From assembly GCA_040954595.2 (NCBI GenBank), contig CM082584.2, positions 1,536,281 to 1,600,280 on the forward strand: a DNA stretch of 64,000 nucleotides, given 5' to 3'. Below the pieces are notes generated by a model. The model worked only from the letters and a program-made list of their open reading frames with translations, was not told the DNA's origin and ran no database searches. Source of the DNA: Balanoglossus misakiensis (lineage: Eukaryota; Animalia; Hemichordata). The position numbers were made by a program, and so were the translations under genes. This document shows positions 15,001-27,892 of the stretch, one piece after another. Every line of letters begins with the position of its first letter. The first letter of the stretch is position 1.

Positions 15001-17906
15001 CGAAAATTTGTCATTTTTTGATGATTTTCACACATGATTTTTTTCAAAAATCGACGAAATTGTGAGATTTTGCAAAGACGAAAATTTGTCATTTTTTGAT
15101 GATTTTCACCCATGTCTTTTTTTAAAAATCGACGAAATTTTGAGATTTTGCAAAGAGGAAAATTTGTCATTTTTTCATGATTTTCCCCCATGATTTTTTT
15201 CAAAAATCGACGAAATTTTGAGATTTTGCAAAGTCGACGAAAATGTGTCATTTTTTGATGATTTTCACCCGTTTTTTTTTCAAAATTTGTCATTTTTTGA
15301 TGATTTTCACCCATGATTTTTTCAAAAATTGACGAAATTTTGAGATTTTGCAAAGTCGAAAATTTGTCATTTTTTGATGATTTTCACCCATGATTTTTTT
15401 CAAAAATCGACGAAATTTTGAGATTTTGCAAAGTCGAAAATTTGTCATTTTTTGATGATTTTCCCCCGTTTTTTTTTTAAAATGGACGAAATGTTGAGAT
15501 TTTGCAAAGACGAAAATTTGTCATTTTTTGATGATTTTCACCCATGATTTTTTCAAAAATTGACGAAATTTTGAGATTTTGCAAAGTCGACGAAAATGTG
15601 TCATTTTTTGATGATTTTCACCCGTTTTTTTTTCAAAATTTGTCATTTTTTGATGATTTTCACCCATGATTTTTTCAAAAATTGACGAAATTTTGAGATT
15701 TTGCAAAGTCGAAAATTTGTCATTTTTTGATGATTTTCACCCATGATTTTTTTCAAAAATCGACGAAATTTTGAGATTTTGCAAAGTCGAAAATTTGTCA
15801 TTTTTTGATGATTTTCCCCCGTTTTTTTTTTTAAATGGACGAAATGTTGAGATTTTGCAAAGACGAAAATTTGTCATTTTTTGATGATTTTCACCCATGA
15901 TTTTTTCAAAAATTGACGAAATTTTGAGATTTTGCAAAGTCGAAAATTTGTCATTTTTTGATGATTTTCACACATGATTTTTTTCAAAAATCGACGAAAT
16001 TGTGAGATTTTGCAAAGACGAAAATTTGTCATTTTTTGATGATTTTCACCCATGTCTTTTTTTAAAAATCGACGAAAATTTTGAGATTTTGCAAAGAGGA
16101 AAATTTGTCATTTTTTCATGATTTTCCCCCATGATTTTTTCAAAAATCGACGAAATTTTGAGATTTTGCAAAGTCGACGAAAATGTGTCATTTTTTGATG
16201 ATTTTCACCCGTTTTTTTTTCAAAATTTGTCATTTTTTGATGATTTTCACCCATGTTTTTTTTTAAAAAATCGACGAACCTATGATTTTTTTCAAAATCG
16301 ACGACATTTTGTGATTTTACAAAGTCGAAAATTTGTCATTTTTTGATGATTTTCCCCCATGATTTTTTTCAAAAATCGACGAAATTTTGAGATTTTGCAA
16401 AGTCGAAAATTTGTCATTTTTTGATGATTTTCACCCATGATTTTTTCAAAAATTGACGAAATGTTGAGATTTTGCAAAGTCGAAAATTTGTCATTTTTTG
16501 ATGATTTTCACCCATGATTTTTTTCAAAAATGGACGAAATTTTGAGATTTTGCAAAGACGAAAATTTGTCATTTTTTGATGATTTTCACCCATGATTTTT
16601 TTTCAAAAATCGACGAAATTTTGAGATTTTGCAAAGAGGAAAATTTGTCATTTTTTCATTATTTTCCCCCATGATTTTTTTCAAAAATCGACGAAATTTT
16701 GAGATTTTGCAAAGTCGAAAATTTTGTCATTTTTTGATGATTTTCAACCATGATTTTTTTTCAAAAATCGACGAAAATTTGAGATTTTGCAAAGTCGAAA
16801 ATGTGTCATTTTTTGATGATTTTCACCCGTTTTTTTTTCAAAATTTGTCATTTTTTGATGATTTTTACCCATGATTTTTTTCAAAAATGGACGAAATTTT
16901 GAGATTTTGCAAAGTCGAAAATTTGTTATTTTTTGATGATTTTCACCCATGTCTTTTTTTAAAAATCGACGAAATTTTGAGATTTTGCAAAGAGGAAAAT
17001 TTGTCATTTTTTTCATGATTTTCCCCCATGATTTTTTTCAAAAATCGACGAAATTTTGAGATTTTGCAAAGTCGAAAATTTGTCATTTTTTGATGAATTT
17101 CACCCATGATTTTTTTTCAGAAATGGACGAAATTTTGAGATTTTGCAAAGACGAAAATGTGTCATTTTTTGATGATTTTCACCCGTTTTTTTTTCAAAAT
17201 TTGTCATTTTTTGATGATTTTTACCCATGATTTTTTTTCAAAAATGGACGAAATTTTGAGATTTTGCAAAGTCGAAAATTTGTTATTTTTTGATGATTTT
17301 CACCCATGTCTTTTTTTAAAAATCGACGAAATTTTGAGATTTTGCAAAGAGGAAAATTTGTCATTTTTTTCATGATTTTCCCCCATGATTTTTTTCAAAA
17401 ATCGACGAAATTTTGAGATTTTGCAAAGTCAAAAATTTGTCATTTTTTGATGATTTTCACCCATGTCTTTTTTCAAAAATCGAAAAAATTTTGAGATTTT
17501 GCAAAGTCGAAAATTTGTCATTTTTTGATGATTTTCACCCATGATTTTCTTCAAAAATCGACGAAATTTTGAGATTTTGCAAAGTCGAAAATTTGTCATT
17601 TTTTGATGATTTTCACCTATGATTTTTTTCAAAAATCAACAAAATTTTGAGATTTTGCAAAGTCGAAAATTTGTCATTTTTTTGATGATTTTCACCCATG
17701 ATTTTTTTCAAAAATCGACGAAATTTTGAGATTTTGCAAAGTCGAAAATTTGTCATTTTTTGATGATTTTCACCCATGATTTTTTTTCAAAATTGACGAA
17801 ATTTTGAGATTTTGCAAAGTCGAAAATTTCTCATTTTTTGATGCATTTTCACCCATGATTTTTTTTCAAAAATCGACGAAATTTTGAGATTTTGCAAAGT
17901 CGAAAA
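1..17906. repeat. Tandem satellite array 1, ~78-bp AT-rich monomer with higher-order repeats (runs off the left edge)
   Basis: Monomer TTTTCACCCATGATTTTTTTCAAAAATCGACGAAATTTTGAGATTTTGCAAAGTCGAAAATTTGTCATTTTTTGATGA is repeated head-to-tail. The ORF track shows a 26-aa period, with identical ORFs at offsets of 3443, 1119 and 1172 bp. The array ends abruptly at ...AAAGTCGAAAA|CAAGCATCG. Confidence 0.98.
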
Positions 17907-19424
17907 CAAGCATCGTCCGATTCGAATTCGACTCGTCATCGGTAGCTTTGTTTATTTCGCCCTTGGAGACCTCCCCTGGCCTCGTTAGGATGACTGTTAC
18001 CAGGACTACCTTAAACCAATCTTTTCGAACCGGACGGTACACACGTCATGTCTTTGTTAATTGTCCAGGTACCAGAGTGTACGTGTGGGCTCCCTAAACC
18101 ACTCATTGGCGGCCGGTCCCTGTCCGAATAAACACGTTTGACAGACAAAAAATGATGAACAAGTGGCTTATTTCAATACTTCGTTAACTAGACGGCTGAA
18201 CTCTGAATGTTGATTCAGCAAAAAAAATGTGTTTACGGCAAGGTTTCGATCAATACGACACATTTACCATTGAAAACGCCCAAAGTAAGTGGGGGCGTTT
18301 GACCATCAATCAAAACCAAGCCCAGGTGCATGTGAACGGCCGAAGCAGTGTAACGTTTCACATTCCGTGCAACGTCCGACACTGTGTGAAAGCGGTTGCT
18401 GTCGGGTGGCTTGACCTAATTTTCGTACATTGATATGCATTTGACACCTCACTACCTGTTTTCTCAATATTGCTAAAACTTTGCGTTGAAATATCACTGA
18501 AATGTTGATGATCCACGCACAAGTCGTCTACCCCGGCATGAAAAGCGTCTTATACAAGAAAACTAATTGCACATGACCACCAAGGTCATACCGCAAGGTG
18601 TGTCTAAATGTCAAGGAAGGACACTTGGGTCAAGAACGACCATGACGGAGGAAAAACCGACAAGTCATTGTGTAACCTGTTTACTTGCCAATAGTCAAAC
18701 GTCAAAATTTACTCTCAACTTGGTTGCAGATCGAGTCTCCCGAATTTCCAACTTTTATGATTGGGTAAATACCGATATGCGACTGGTATGCGACGCGTTG
18801 ACGACGCGAAGATTTTGTTGAAATCAAATGGTTTGTCAAATGTCATCTCACACTGGAGATACCGTGGTCATCTGACATGAAAGGGTTCGATTGGGTCTGA
18901 CCGCCGTCGTTCATCCATGCTTAGAAAGCGGCGATCATGGTACAAAGTAAAACCAAGGTCAAACCTTACTGAACACATGTATTGCATGGAGAAACTTTTC
19001 TACCTGTCTGTGTACTGAACACGTACCGTGATTGCCATAGTTACAAACGTTTCCACGTGAGAGAGATTGCATTTTACATCTGTCTTTTCAATTTTGTTGC
19101 TTTCTTACTATTCGGAATGATGGAGTCGAAACGAAAACTTTTTGCTTCAGGTGGACCTAGGGGAAATACCTTATTTGTGACTTTTTTCATGACCCTAAAA
19201 AGACGTCGGAATTAATGTGGCTGAGGTCACTCAGGACGACGGAATGGTTGAGCGATTTTATTTTATGAGCTCCCACTAGTATTTGTTTTATTGTTTCGGC
19301 AGTGTGTCGCGTTATTCGAGCAATCTGCAGTCTGAAAACGAACGGTTTTCAAAGTTTATAACAGTTTAAGCATGAAAGGTCCTGTTGTCTCCCTCGCTGT
19401 GTTTGTGTCACTGTGTCTTTGACG

Positions 19425-19625
19425 TCTGACTGACTGATTAACTGGCTGACTGACTTACTGACTGTCTGTCAACGTCGGTCTGTCTGACTGTCTGCCCCCT
19501 CTCTCTGAGAGAGAGAGTGAGCGAGCGAGCGAGCGAGCGACCGGTGAGTGTCTCTACTGATGAATGTTGCTCTGTCTGTCTGCTTGTGTCTGTCTGCCAC
19601 TCTGCCTGTTTCACTCTGTCTCTCC
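19425..19625. repeat. Compound microsatellite (CTGA)n/(GA)n/(GCGA)n/(TCTG)n
   Basis: Short tandem motifs are directly visible, e.g. GAGAGAGAGTGAGCGAGCGAGCGAGCGAGCGA and CTGACTGACTGA. Confidence 0.85.
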
Positions 19626-20405
19626 TAATTTCTTTAAAATTAGGGATATGCTATTAATGCGATATGAAAGTCAGACACGACGGAAACCTTTTATTCTCAA
19701 AACTGTCTGTTGTTTGCTGTTAAATATTGCAAAAGGTTAAGGGCCCTTTTCGCACGAGACACATGGCTTTGCAGCCGTAGCTCCCAATGTCATAACGATT
19801 ACCCGAACTACCCTAATTTTAGCCCGCCGACCCAAAACAGTTTAGATCTTCGCAAACCGGAAGTAAAAATAACGATGTCAAATATAAAACAATTCATGAA
19901 AATTGCGAGAATCACGCAAGAACTATGATGTCATTCTTCTACACTACGACGGCCAAAGATATAAAAAAAATTGAAAAATAAAAAAATGTCCCTTTCTACC
20001 TACAATATTTTTGAAAACCATGTAATCGGAATAGCACATATTAGTTTTTTTGGCCTGAGACATATCCAATTTCCCAACTGAACATGACACGTGATCAAGC
20101 ATTTTTGACTTATCAGATGCAATCGCTGAACACCTCACACTGAGCGAGGTTTTGTCTGTCTTTATACGCGCCCTTTGTATTTGTGCGTGACATGTCCAAG
20201 CCTTGTTAGGAACTCCCGTAAAATTCTACTCAAATGATGTATACTTTCATACTTACGACTGACAGGTATTTTCAGCGTTGCCAGCTGATTGTTTGTCAGG
20301 TACCGCTTTATAACAAGACGCCCCTCTGAGTTGATAACCTGCAATGTAACATCATTCAATTGGTCTAGTCATGTTAGCATTAGTAAAATGCTTCAAAAGT
20401 GTTAA

Positions 20406-20696
20406 AGGGACATGATACAAGACACCGTTTATGTTAGTGAATGAACGTTCAACCACACACAACTTCCATCCGGCTTGTATGATACGAGAGTAAAAACTCG
20501 CCCGAAATGAATAAATGGTAGAGACCGTTTATTCATTTTGGCTACTTTTTAAAACTCTCGTGTCTATACAAGCGGGGTGGAAGGTGTGTATGGTTGAACG
20601 TTGGTTCACTATATCCATATGTAGAATAATATAAACGCAGTCTTGTATCAAACATAATTAATGGAAAAAGGGCAGCGAGAGAGAGACTTTGTCCCT
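20406..20696. mobile_element. Palindromic Kolobok-type MITE, copy 1 (left arm internally deleted)
   Basis: TTAA|AGGGACA...TGTCCCT|TTAA; same family as 36557-36903. Confidence 0.85.
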
Positions 20697-20959
20697 TTAA
20701 TGAATACAGCCACAATGTTCTGTTTATATCTACTGACGGACCAGGCATGGATTGTCACGTATAATTCTTTGAAACGTTTGGTCCTCTGAAGAAATCTGAG
20801 CACTCATCTACTCAGTTTGCTTATTTTGTCTTCCTCCACCAGTCAGTGGTATCGTCCGATTTGATACTCCACTCTAAGCCTCTTTCTGAATGGCTCTTTA
20901 AGTTGTGATCTGTAAGTCTTAAACCTTTCATCATCCCCCCCCCCCCCCGTTTCCTCTTT

Positions 20960-21331
20960 AGAGGTCGTCAACTGGTAAACTGTGCGCCTGTGTCTCTTCC
21001 CATAGGAGTACATGGAGAATAGTTAGAAAACTCACTTCTACTATTGTCATTTTCATGAAATTTTACACATAGCTCCGACAAATCAAAATAAATTCATCAC
21101 GCTCTATTTTGAGATAAACTTTGTTCAATATTGTATCCATAGACAAACCATTGGTAGAAAATGCTGACCGTTAGCAGTTTTCTTCAATTGTCGACTAAAT
21201 TCACGGCCTTGTTTAAAGTCGAAAACAAGTGCAGTGACCCAAAATGGATTTTCATTATACATACAAATCAGAAACGAAAATTCACGATTAAAAGAAATGA
21301 CAATGCTTTCAATTTTACTGATCGTACATCC
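20960..21331. mobile_element. Degenerate non-autonomous DNA element related to 30074-31015
   Basis: Shares TCTTCCCATAGGA...TAGAAAA...TTCTACTATTGT...TTTTGAGATAAACT with 30110-30270 and ends GTACATCC|TTAA like 31015. The left boundary is approximate. Confidence 0.55.
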
Positions 21332-21335
21332 TTAA

Positions 21336-21654
21336 CTCGCTGCCCTTTTCCATGTTTGATACAAAACACCGTTTATATTAATGTAAATGTGGATATATAG
21401 CGATGCAACGTTCAACCGCACACACCTTCTATCCCGCATGTAGACACGAGAGCGAAAACTCGCAAAACTGAAAAATCGGTCTCTACCATTAATTCATTTT
21501 GGGCGAGTTTTTACTCTCATATCATACAAGCAGGATGGAAGTTGTGTGTGGTTGAACGTTCATTCACTACATATACACATGCCCATTAATATAAACGGTG
21601 TCTTGTATCAAACATAATTAATAGAAAGGGCGACGAGAGAGAGAGTTTGTCCCT
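21336..21654. mobile_element. Palindromic Kolobok-type MITE, copy 2 (left terminus truncated)
   Basis: Homologous to 36557-36903; ends TTTGTCCCT|TTAA and begins directly after a TTAA at 21332-21335. Confidence 0.8.
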
Positions 21655-22380
21655 TTAAGGCGACATGATGCATGAAGTGGCGAGAGATAAACGCGGCTGA
21701 CCACCGCATTAAACACTGTCAAGCAAGGCACTTCAAATGCCAATTGTTTAAGTGTGTACTAAGTAATAGGTTCATGTACCATGGGGGGGGGGTCAAATCA
21801 CAACAGTTGGACATGTACGAATATGAAGAGACGATATCAGTTTGTTCATGTCTTCCTTTAGTAAAAAATCTTTTTTGAACTTTGTATAGAATTCATTGAA
21901 CTTTACTTTAGCTTATGAACTCTCATTTGCACATCGTCATCTTGAAATTGTGTCGACTTTATCATAAGGTTTTTATAACTCAACTAGGTCGCAAAACCTA
22001 TTTAAGTTAGTGAGAATAGGACGTTCACCTTTTGGGTTGATGGCTACAGCCGTTAATCCTGACTCATACACATGTTGCAGCCAGTATACTCTGCAGACAT
22101 TGGACACAATAGTTTTACGAACCATTAAATTTTATTGGACCATCAAGTTTATTGACCCATGACGTTCATATAGATTTTATGACACGACTGACGCTATAAT
22201 CGGTCCTTACCTTTGGCGAGCCAAGTGTTTTATAACATCATAAGATATTAATACCTATCACCCAGTCAAACGATTTCAAGTTATAAAATTTCCACGCCAA
22301 TAGGACGCCTTTAGGTGGAAATGCAACCAGGTATCCTAAATAGGAAAATATTCCGGGTATCTGTCAAGTTTAGTCCCATA

Positions 22381-22960
22381 TTTAGGGGACCAAGAGCCCT
22401 CAGGCGCTTGGTCCCCTTCTCTTATTGCTGGAGTTTGTCTTCTTTCTTCTTGAGTCGTTTTTTTGCGCCCGTTTTTCTCTGAAATTCCGGCAGGTGCGCC
22501 TCCAAATTTGGCACGGTGGTTGGGGCCCATGAGTACTGGTGCACCTGCCCTTTGAATTTGTAATTAGTCACGTGACTTTGTGGCTATAATCGAGCGAAAT
22601 TTTCAAATTGACCTAATTTGCACGTTAATGGGGGCATGTACATTCTTTTCGCGATTTTTGTAGACCATGTGGCCAAAATCCCCTGTGCCAAATTTCAAGG
22701 TCCTAGGCCACGTCGATTTTGAGAAGAAGATTTTTGTAATATTTTTTCGCATTTTTTGGTGGGCTGAGGACGGACACTGGGGCATCGGACTTTGACCGTC
22801 ATTACGTAATGTTGTGGAGATCTCATTAGCAGGCTACTCACTTCTGGCGGGTTGCAGTAGTCCTTGGAAAATCGGCTGAAATACGTAAACAGACCAGTGA
22901 TTATTTTCCACGGAATGAATTTTGGGACAACACATTATCGGAGTTCAGGCTGTGTTAGGG
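22381..22960 (+). mobile_element. HINE/DINE-1-like (Helentron-associated) element 5' part
   Basis: A T-run is followed by the stem-loop GGGGACCAAG...CTTGGTCCCC, a (TTC)-rich microsatellite and core-repeat-like sequence. The family is inferred from this architecture. Confidence 0.45.
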
Positions 22961-22980
22961 CGTTTTATTGAATTACGCTG

Positions 22981-25520
22981 AGTTTGGATTGACCACTGTG
23001 TTACCACTAAAATTTTTTATAGCAATGTTCTTTCAATTTCGAGTCTTTGCAATGTTGTTGACTCCGACCATATTCCTGTTTCAATAGAGGTTCATTTCAA
23101 CACTTCTGCTGATGAATGTTTCAGCAGTAGTTCCTTCAAGCAATGTAATTTTCGAGTTGATTGGAAAAAATTGTCACAGCAGAATATATCCGCCTACACC
23201 CGTTGTACCAAAGCCAAGGTTGATAAGATTAATATATCCGAAGAGTTATTCTGCACTAATGTGAACTGTACATACCCTTCGCATTTACAGGCAATTGATA
23301 CTTGTTATAGTAGTGTTGTGGACGCATTGAATTGTGCTGCAAAAGATACCATTAGGCGTAAGTTTCACCAGAAAGTTCATGTTGTGCCTGGCTGGAACGA
23401 TTTTGTAAAAGAAAGTCACGACTATGCCCGTTCCATGTTTTTATTATGGGTTAATGGGGGTAAACCTTAACAAGGCCCGCTTTTTGAAACCATGAAATCT
23501 TCCAGAGCTCGTTTTAAGTATGCTTTACGTGCTTGTAAAAAGATTGAGAATCAAAATAGGGCTGACAAGATGGCTGACAATTTACGCTGCCACAAACAGA
23601 ACGACTTCTGGAAGGAAGTCAGAAAGCAAACTAGCAGAAAAATGCCGCTTTCTGACACTGTAGGTGGAGCGACTGGTGAGAGTGAAATTGCAATTATGTG
23701 GCACAAGCATTTCAGTGATATTTTGAATTCTGTCCAGGCTCAGACTGGTAAAAATGACATCGAGGAGAAAATGAAGTATGTTAAATTTTCTTCTGATATG
23801 TATGTTTCTGAAGAAGAAGTAATTTCTGCTATACATAAGTTACCTGACGATAAGACAGCTGGCATTGACAATATTTCAGCTGAGCACCTCAAATTCTCAG
23901 ACTCCTCTATTTTACCCATTTTGACTTGATTGTTCATGGTTACCTGCAAACTGAGGCTATCAAAGTTATTTTAGTTCCAATTAAGGATAAAACTAAGCTT
24001 TGTAGTGATGCCAGTAACTACCGGCCGATAGCACTAGCAACTGTTTTCTCTAAAGTTTTTGAGCCTATTTTACTTTCTCGTTGTGAGGAGTTTCTTACCT
24101 CTCATTATTTACAATTTGGTTTCAAGCGAGAACATTCAACTGACCTGTGTTTATTTGCATTTAAAGAAATCATTAGCTACTACACCAGCAATGGAAGACC
24201 AGTGTTTACTTGTTTTCTGGATGCTTCAAAAGCTTTTGACAGAGTTAATCACTTTAAACTGGTTAACAAGCTCATCGACAGGAATGTTCCCTTGTATGCT
24301 GTACGAATTTTATATTAAAGGTCACATGCCATGCCCTATACAACCACGCGTAAAATCACTATTTGGGTCTTGAAGTTAACGTATGTTACTATCTTGCAAT
24401 GCGTTTTGCCCCTTGTGCTTAGATAACAAGCAAGTAAAAGTGGCGGGTGGGCGTGTACCCCTAACCCAACTCAGTCGATTTTTTTTGGCTTTTCGAAGTT
24501 AAGCCGAAGACTTATCTTGATGTGGACAAATAGTCTTTCACACCTTTGTAAATCCTCTGCCTGCAATGTGAGGCAAGGGCTTCCTTTGCTTTGAACACTG
24601 TTTATATAGCTTATCTTTGTCTGTGGACTTAATTACTCATGGACCGATAATTACACTTTACTGTAAACAGAATGGTACACTACGACATAGTGTACTTGTT
24701 TGTCCATATGCAAATACCTTCGCCTGGCTCGAGTGCGAAGTGGCTCCCCGATCACAGGCATGAAAAAAGGTGGCAAATTCCGGCATTCGTGCACATTTTT
24801 CGGAACCGACACAATAGGCAATGCATAGACAGGTACCCTAGGTGAGCTTTTGACGTGGAAAAATGAAAACTTTCCAAAGCATGACATGTGACCTTTAATG
24901 GTACAGAAATCAATTGTTTACTGTGTTGTGGAGTAATGAAACCTCAGAGTTGTTTTCTGTTTCTAACGGTGTAAGACAAGGGGGAGTACTCTCTCCCTAT
25001 CTTTTTAATGTCTACATTGATGATCTTATCAATGCACTCTGTAAAGCCAAAGTTGGCTGTACCATGTGTGGTGTCAGCGCTAACACTTTAGGTTACGCTG
25101 ACGACATGACTCTACTCAGTCCAAGTATTAAGGGTCTACACCGTCTTCTTAGAATTTGTGAAATTTATGGCAAGGATTATGATATAATTTATAATTCTAG
25201 TAAAACTGTGTGCATGCTTTTTAATGGGAAGAATATGAGCGTTCAAAGAATTCCTTCGGTTAAACTTAATGACATCACTTTTAAAGTTTGTACCTGTACA
25301 CACCTATCTGGGCCATGTTATATCTTGTGAGGGTTGTGATAATGAAGATATTGAACGACAGAGAAGAGCATTTTGTGTTAGAGCAAACATGCTATTGAGA
25401 CATTTTCAACATTTTAGTCAAGATGTGAAGAAAGTTTTATTTTTGGCATATTGTAGTAATATTTACTGTTGCAGTTTGTGGGCATCCTTTAAAGTAAAAC
25501 CGATGAAAAAATTTAAAACA
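22981..25520 (+). mobile_element. Degenerate non-LTR retrotransposon ORF2 (APE endonuclease end + reverse transcriptase), CR1/L2/Daphne-type
   Basis: Motifs occur in order: WIDHCV...DSDHIPV (APE C-terminus), VPGWNDFV, SNYRPIAL, QFGFKREHST, FLDASKAFDRVNH, NGVRQGGVLSPYLFNVYIDDL, GYADDMTL, YLGHVIS. There are several stops and frameshifts, no 3' tail, and an interruption at 24319-24894. Confidence 0.93.
24319..24894. mobile_element. Non-autonomous Kolobok-type DNA transposon inserted in the LINE RT domain
   Basis: TTAA|AGGTCACATGCCATGC...GCATGACATGTGACCT|TTAA (16-bp TIR, 1 mismatch). The RT frame resumes after the element (VRILY*WYRNQLFTVLW). Confidence 0.92.
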
Positions 25521-25809
25521 GTGGACTTTGACCCTAAGTCGCTAATGTTGTGGGAGGTTTCATTAGCATTGTAGTCACATGTAGTGGATAGTAGTTTGGG
25601 AAATTGGCTGAAATACGTCAGCAGACCAGTGATTTTCTTGCACGACAGGAGTATGGTACCAGCAATAATCAGAGATCAGGCTTCGTTGCCGTTCAAAAGT
25701 TCCTACTTCAGTCGTGATGTTGCAACTGGACGTTCAGTATGGGGGTCGGCCCGCAGGTGGCCGTGTGGGTTATCAGGTCGCCCGTAACGGCACGCAGCTA
25801 CATGCAGCT

Positions 25810-27590
25810 GTATGGGACTAAAATAATACACCCGATTCGGGTGTCACCTGTGACACCTGCATAACTCAATAATTATGTGCATGCGTAATTGTGGGGTCAA
25901 TGAAAGGGGTGGTAGCGTGCTATTTGTTGCACATGGATCAATATGAAGTCCGATTTTCCCGTCAAGTTGTGGGCGACCTTATGTGACCTTTCACCTACTT
26001 TTGCTTAGTGAGCATCCACAGCAGATGCATGCAGCTTTGGCTTGGGAGGGGGGGGGGGGGGCATATACGGATGGGACCATAATGATATACCAAAGGCGGG
26101 GTCGTCTGTTGCACCTGCCTAAGTCATTGATTTTGTACATTTAATTGGACACTAACCAACAGGGCGATAGGTGTGGTTTTTGTTCCACAGGGACGAATGT
26201 AAGTGTCAGTTGGTTTTTGCCCAAATGTCCATTGAGGCCTGTATCCGTGATCTTAAGGACTGGATGACCCAAAACAAGCTTCAACTCAACGACTCTAAAA
26301 ACTGAGATTCTACTTATTCGTTCACAATTTCATCACTCTGCTGATGCTATTGACAAGATTACCATTGGTTCAAGCTCTGTTCCCGTCGTTAAATCAGCTC
26401 GCAATATTGGTGTAATATTTGACAATACGCACATGTATAAAGATCACATCAAGAAAACTTGTCAATCAATATATTACCACTTTCGCCGTGTCGGACAAAT
26501 CAGGAAATGTCTTAACAAAGCAACATGTCAAACAGTGATTCATGCTATTTTGGCAGCGAAACTCGACTATGGTAATGCATTACTGTATGGTATACCAGAA
26601 CGCAGTCTGAACCTTCTACAACGCACACAAAATACAGCTGCAAGAATCATAACTCGGTCCAGGAAGTCTGCCCATATAACGCCAGTTCTTCAACTTCTTC
26701 ATTGGTTACCAGTTTGCCACAGGATAGAGTATAAAATAAATCTGCTCACATACAAAGCCTTAAATAATCTCGCTCCGAACTATATCCGCGATCTCATTCG
26801 GACATATTCTCCTGGTCGCAGGCTTCGTTCAGCTAATAAGAGCCTTTTATGCACTACAATGTACAAACGTTCTTCATACGGTTGCCGAGCATTCTCTCAT
26901 GCTGCAACGAAACTGTGGAACATTCGTCAAGCTCCAAGTTTGAGTATCTTTAAGAAAAGACTGAAGACGCATTATTTCGCAAGAGCATATGGTGTGGGCC
27001 AATGAGCACAAGCGTCTTTGAGTATGACACTTGTTATAGATACTGGCGCTATACAAATTTCTCTGATTGATTGATTGATTGATGTATAAGGTGATTTGGA
27101 TGACCTCTGTCATAGAGTGCCATATCTCATCCCGTTGTACAGGTGCAGCTTTGGTATTTGGAGGGATGAAACTATCATGAAATGCCAAATACAGGGGGAT
27201 ACCTTTGACACCTGCTTGATTCATGTATTACGTGCATACCTAATGTTAGGCAAAGTGAAAGGGCTGCAAATGTAGGATTTGTTGCACAAGACATAAACAG
27301 GAATGAAATTTTTCTGTCAAATTTTTGAATGACCTCAGGTGTCCATTGACCTGCTTTCCATATGTTAGCATGCACATCATATATAGCCACGTGTTTGGAG
27401 GGGTAGGGTAGGACCGTCATGAAATGCTAAATTCCTAGGGCCACCTGTAACTTACTTGCGTAACTCATTATTATGGCCATACCTAATTTTAAAAACCCAA
27501 AGGGCGAGAATTTTCCGTTGTCTTGAATATGAACCAAATAGGAATCCAAATTTTTGGCCCAATTTTTGGGTACCCTCAGCTGACCTTTGA
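25810..27590. repeat. Old, diverged ~250-bp tandem repeat (about 4 units) interrupted by the L2 fragment
   Basis: The motif order GGGAC/GGATG..., CACCTG/ACCTTTGACACCTGC, CATT/AATTATG, AAAGGG, TTTGTTGCACA, TTTT..C.GTCAA.TT recurs near 25815, 26072, 27162 and 27410. Aligned by eye. Confidence 0.5.
26226..27083 (+). mobile_element. 5'-truncated L2-clade LINE, 3' end with (GATT)n tail
   Basis: Translates as DWMTQNKLQLNDSK/TEILL, ARNIGVIFD, KLDYGNALLYG, LHWLPVCHRIEYKI, APNYIRDL, FKKRLKTHYF. A short 3' UTR (AGCGTCTTTGAG...GGCGCTATACAAAT) is followed by GATTGATTGATTGATTGAT. Confidence 0.93.
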
Positions 27591-27892
27591 AGTACTTAAC
27601 TGAAGTCCTTACATAACGTAGAAGTTCACTTGTAGTTGTTGTGTTTGTACTTGTAGGACATCCATTTCGGGTGGTTGCCTACTTCCCCATATCTCCACAT
27701 CCAGAGCAAATACAGCCTACGCAATTGAATGGTACAACCCTGAATGGAGTCTAATGGTTATTATCTCTATGCTTGGGCCCCTTCAATGCTGCTTGGAGCT
27801 TTAATTATTACTATTATTATTGTCACGATATAAAGACACCAACTAAAAACTTACAAAATCACAATGTCTTCACAACTCAAAATTTCACTCAC

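Noticed and set aside
279-17632. Dozens of 60-165-aa ORFs (MGENHQKMTNFRLCKISKF...)
   Set aside because: They are translations of the 78-bp satellite, and homopolymer indels break the frame constantly.
22981-25520. Retron, DGR or other novel RT system
   Set aside because: The motifs are those of an ordinary degenerate LINE ORF2, and no template repeat or accessory gene is seen.
22787-25682. LTR retrotransposon (direct repeats around an RT)
   Set aside because: The RT is non-LTR type with an APE endonuclease. The repeats lack TG..CA ends, PBS and PPT, and are highly diverged.
27640-27800. C-terminal hAT exon or right TIR (SIEG-like codons; CAGAGCAAATAC at 27702)
   Set aside because: The match is too short, the frame is broken, and there is no 8-bp TSD matching the 29174 flank.
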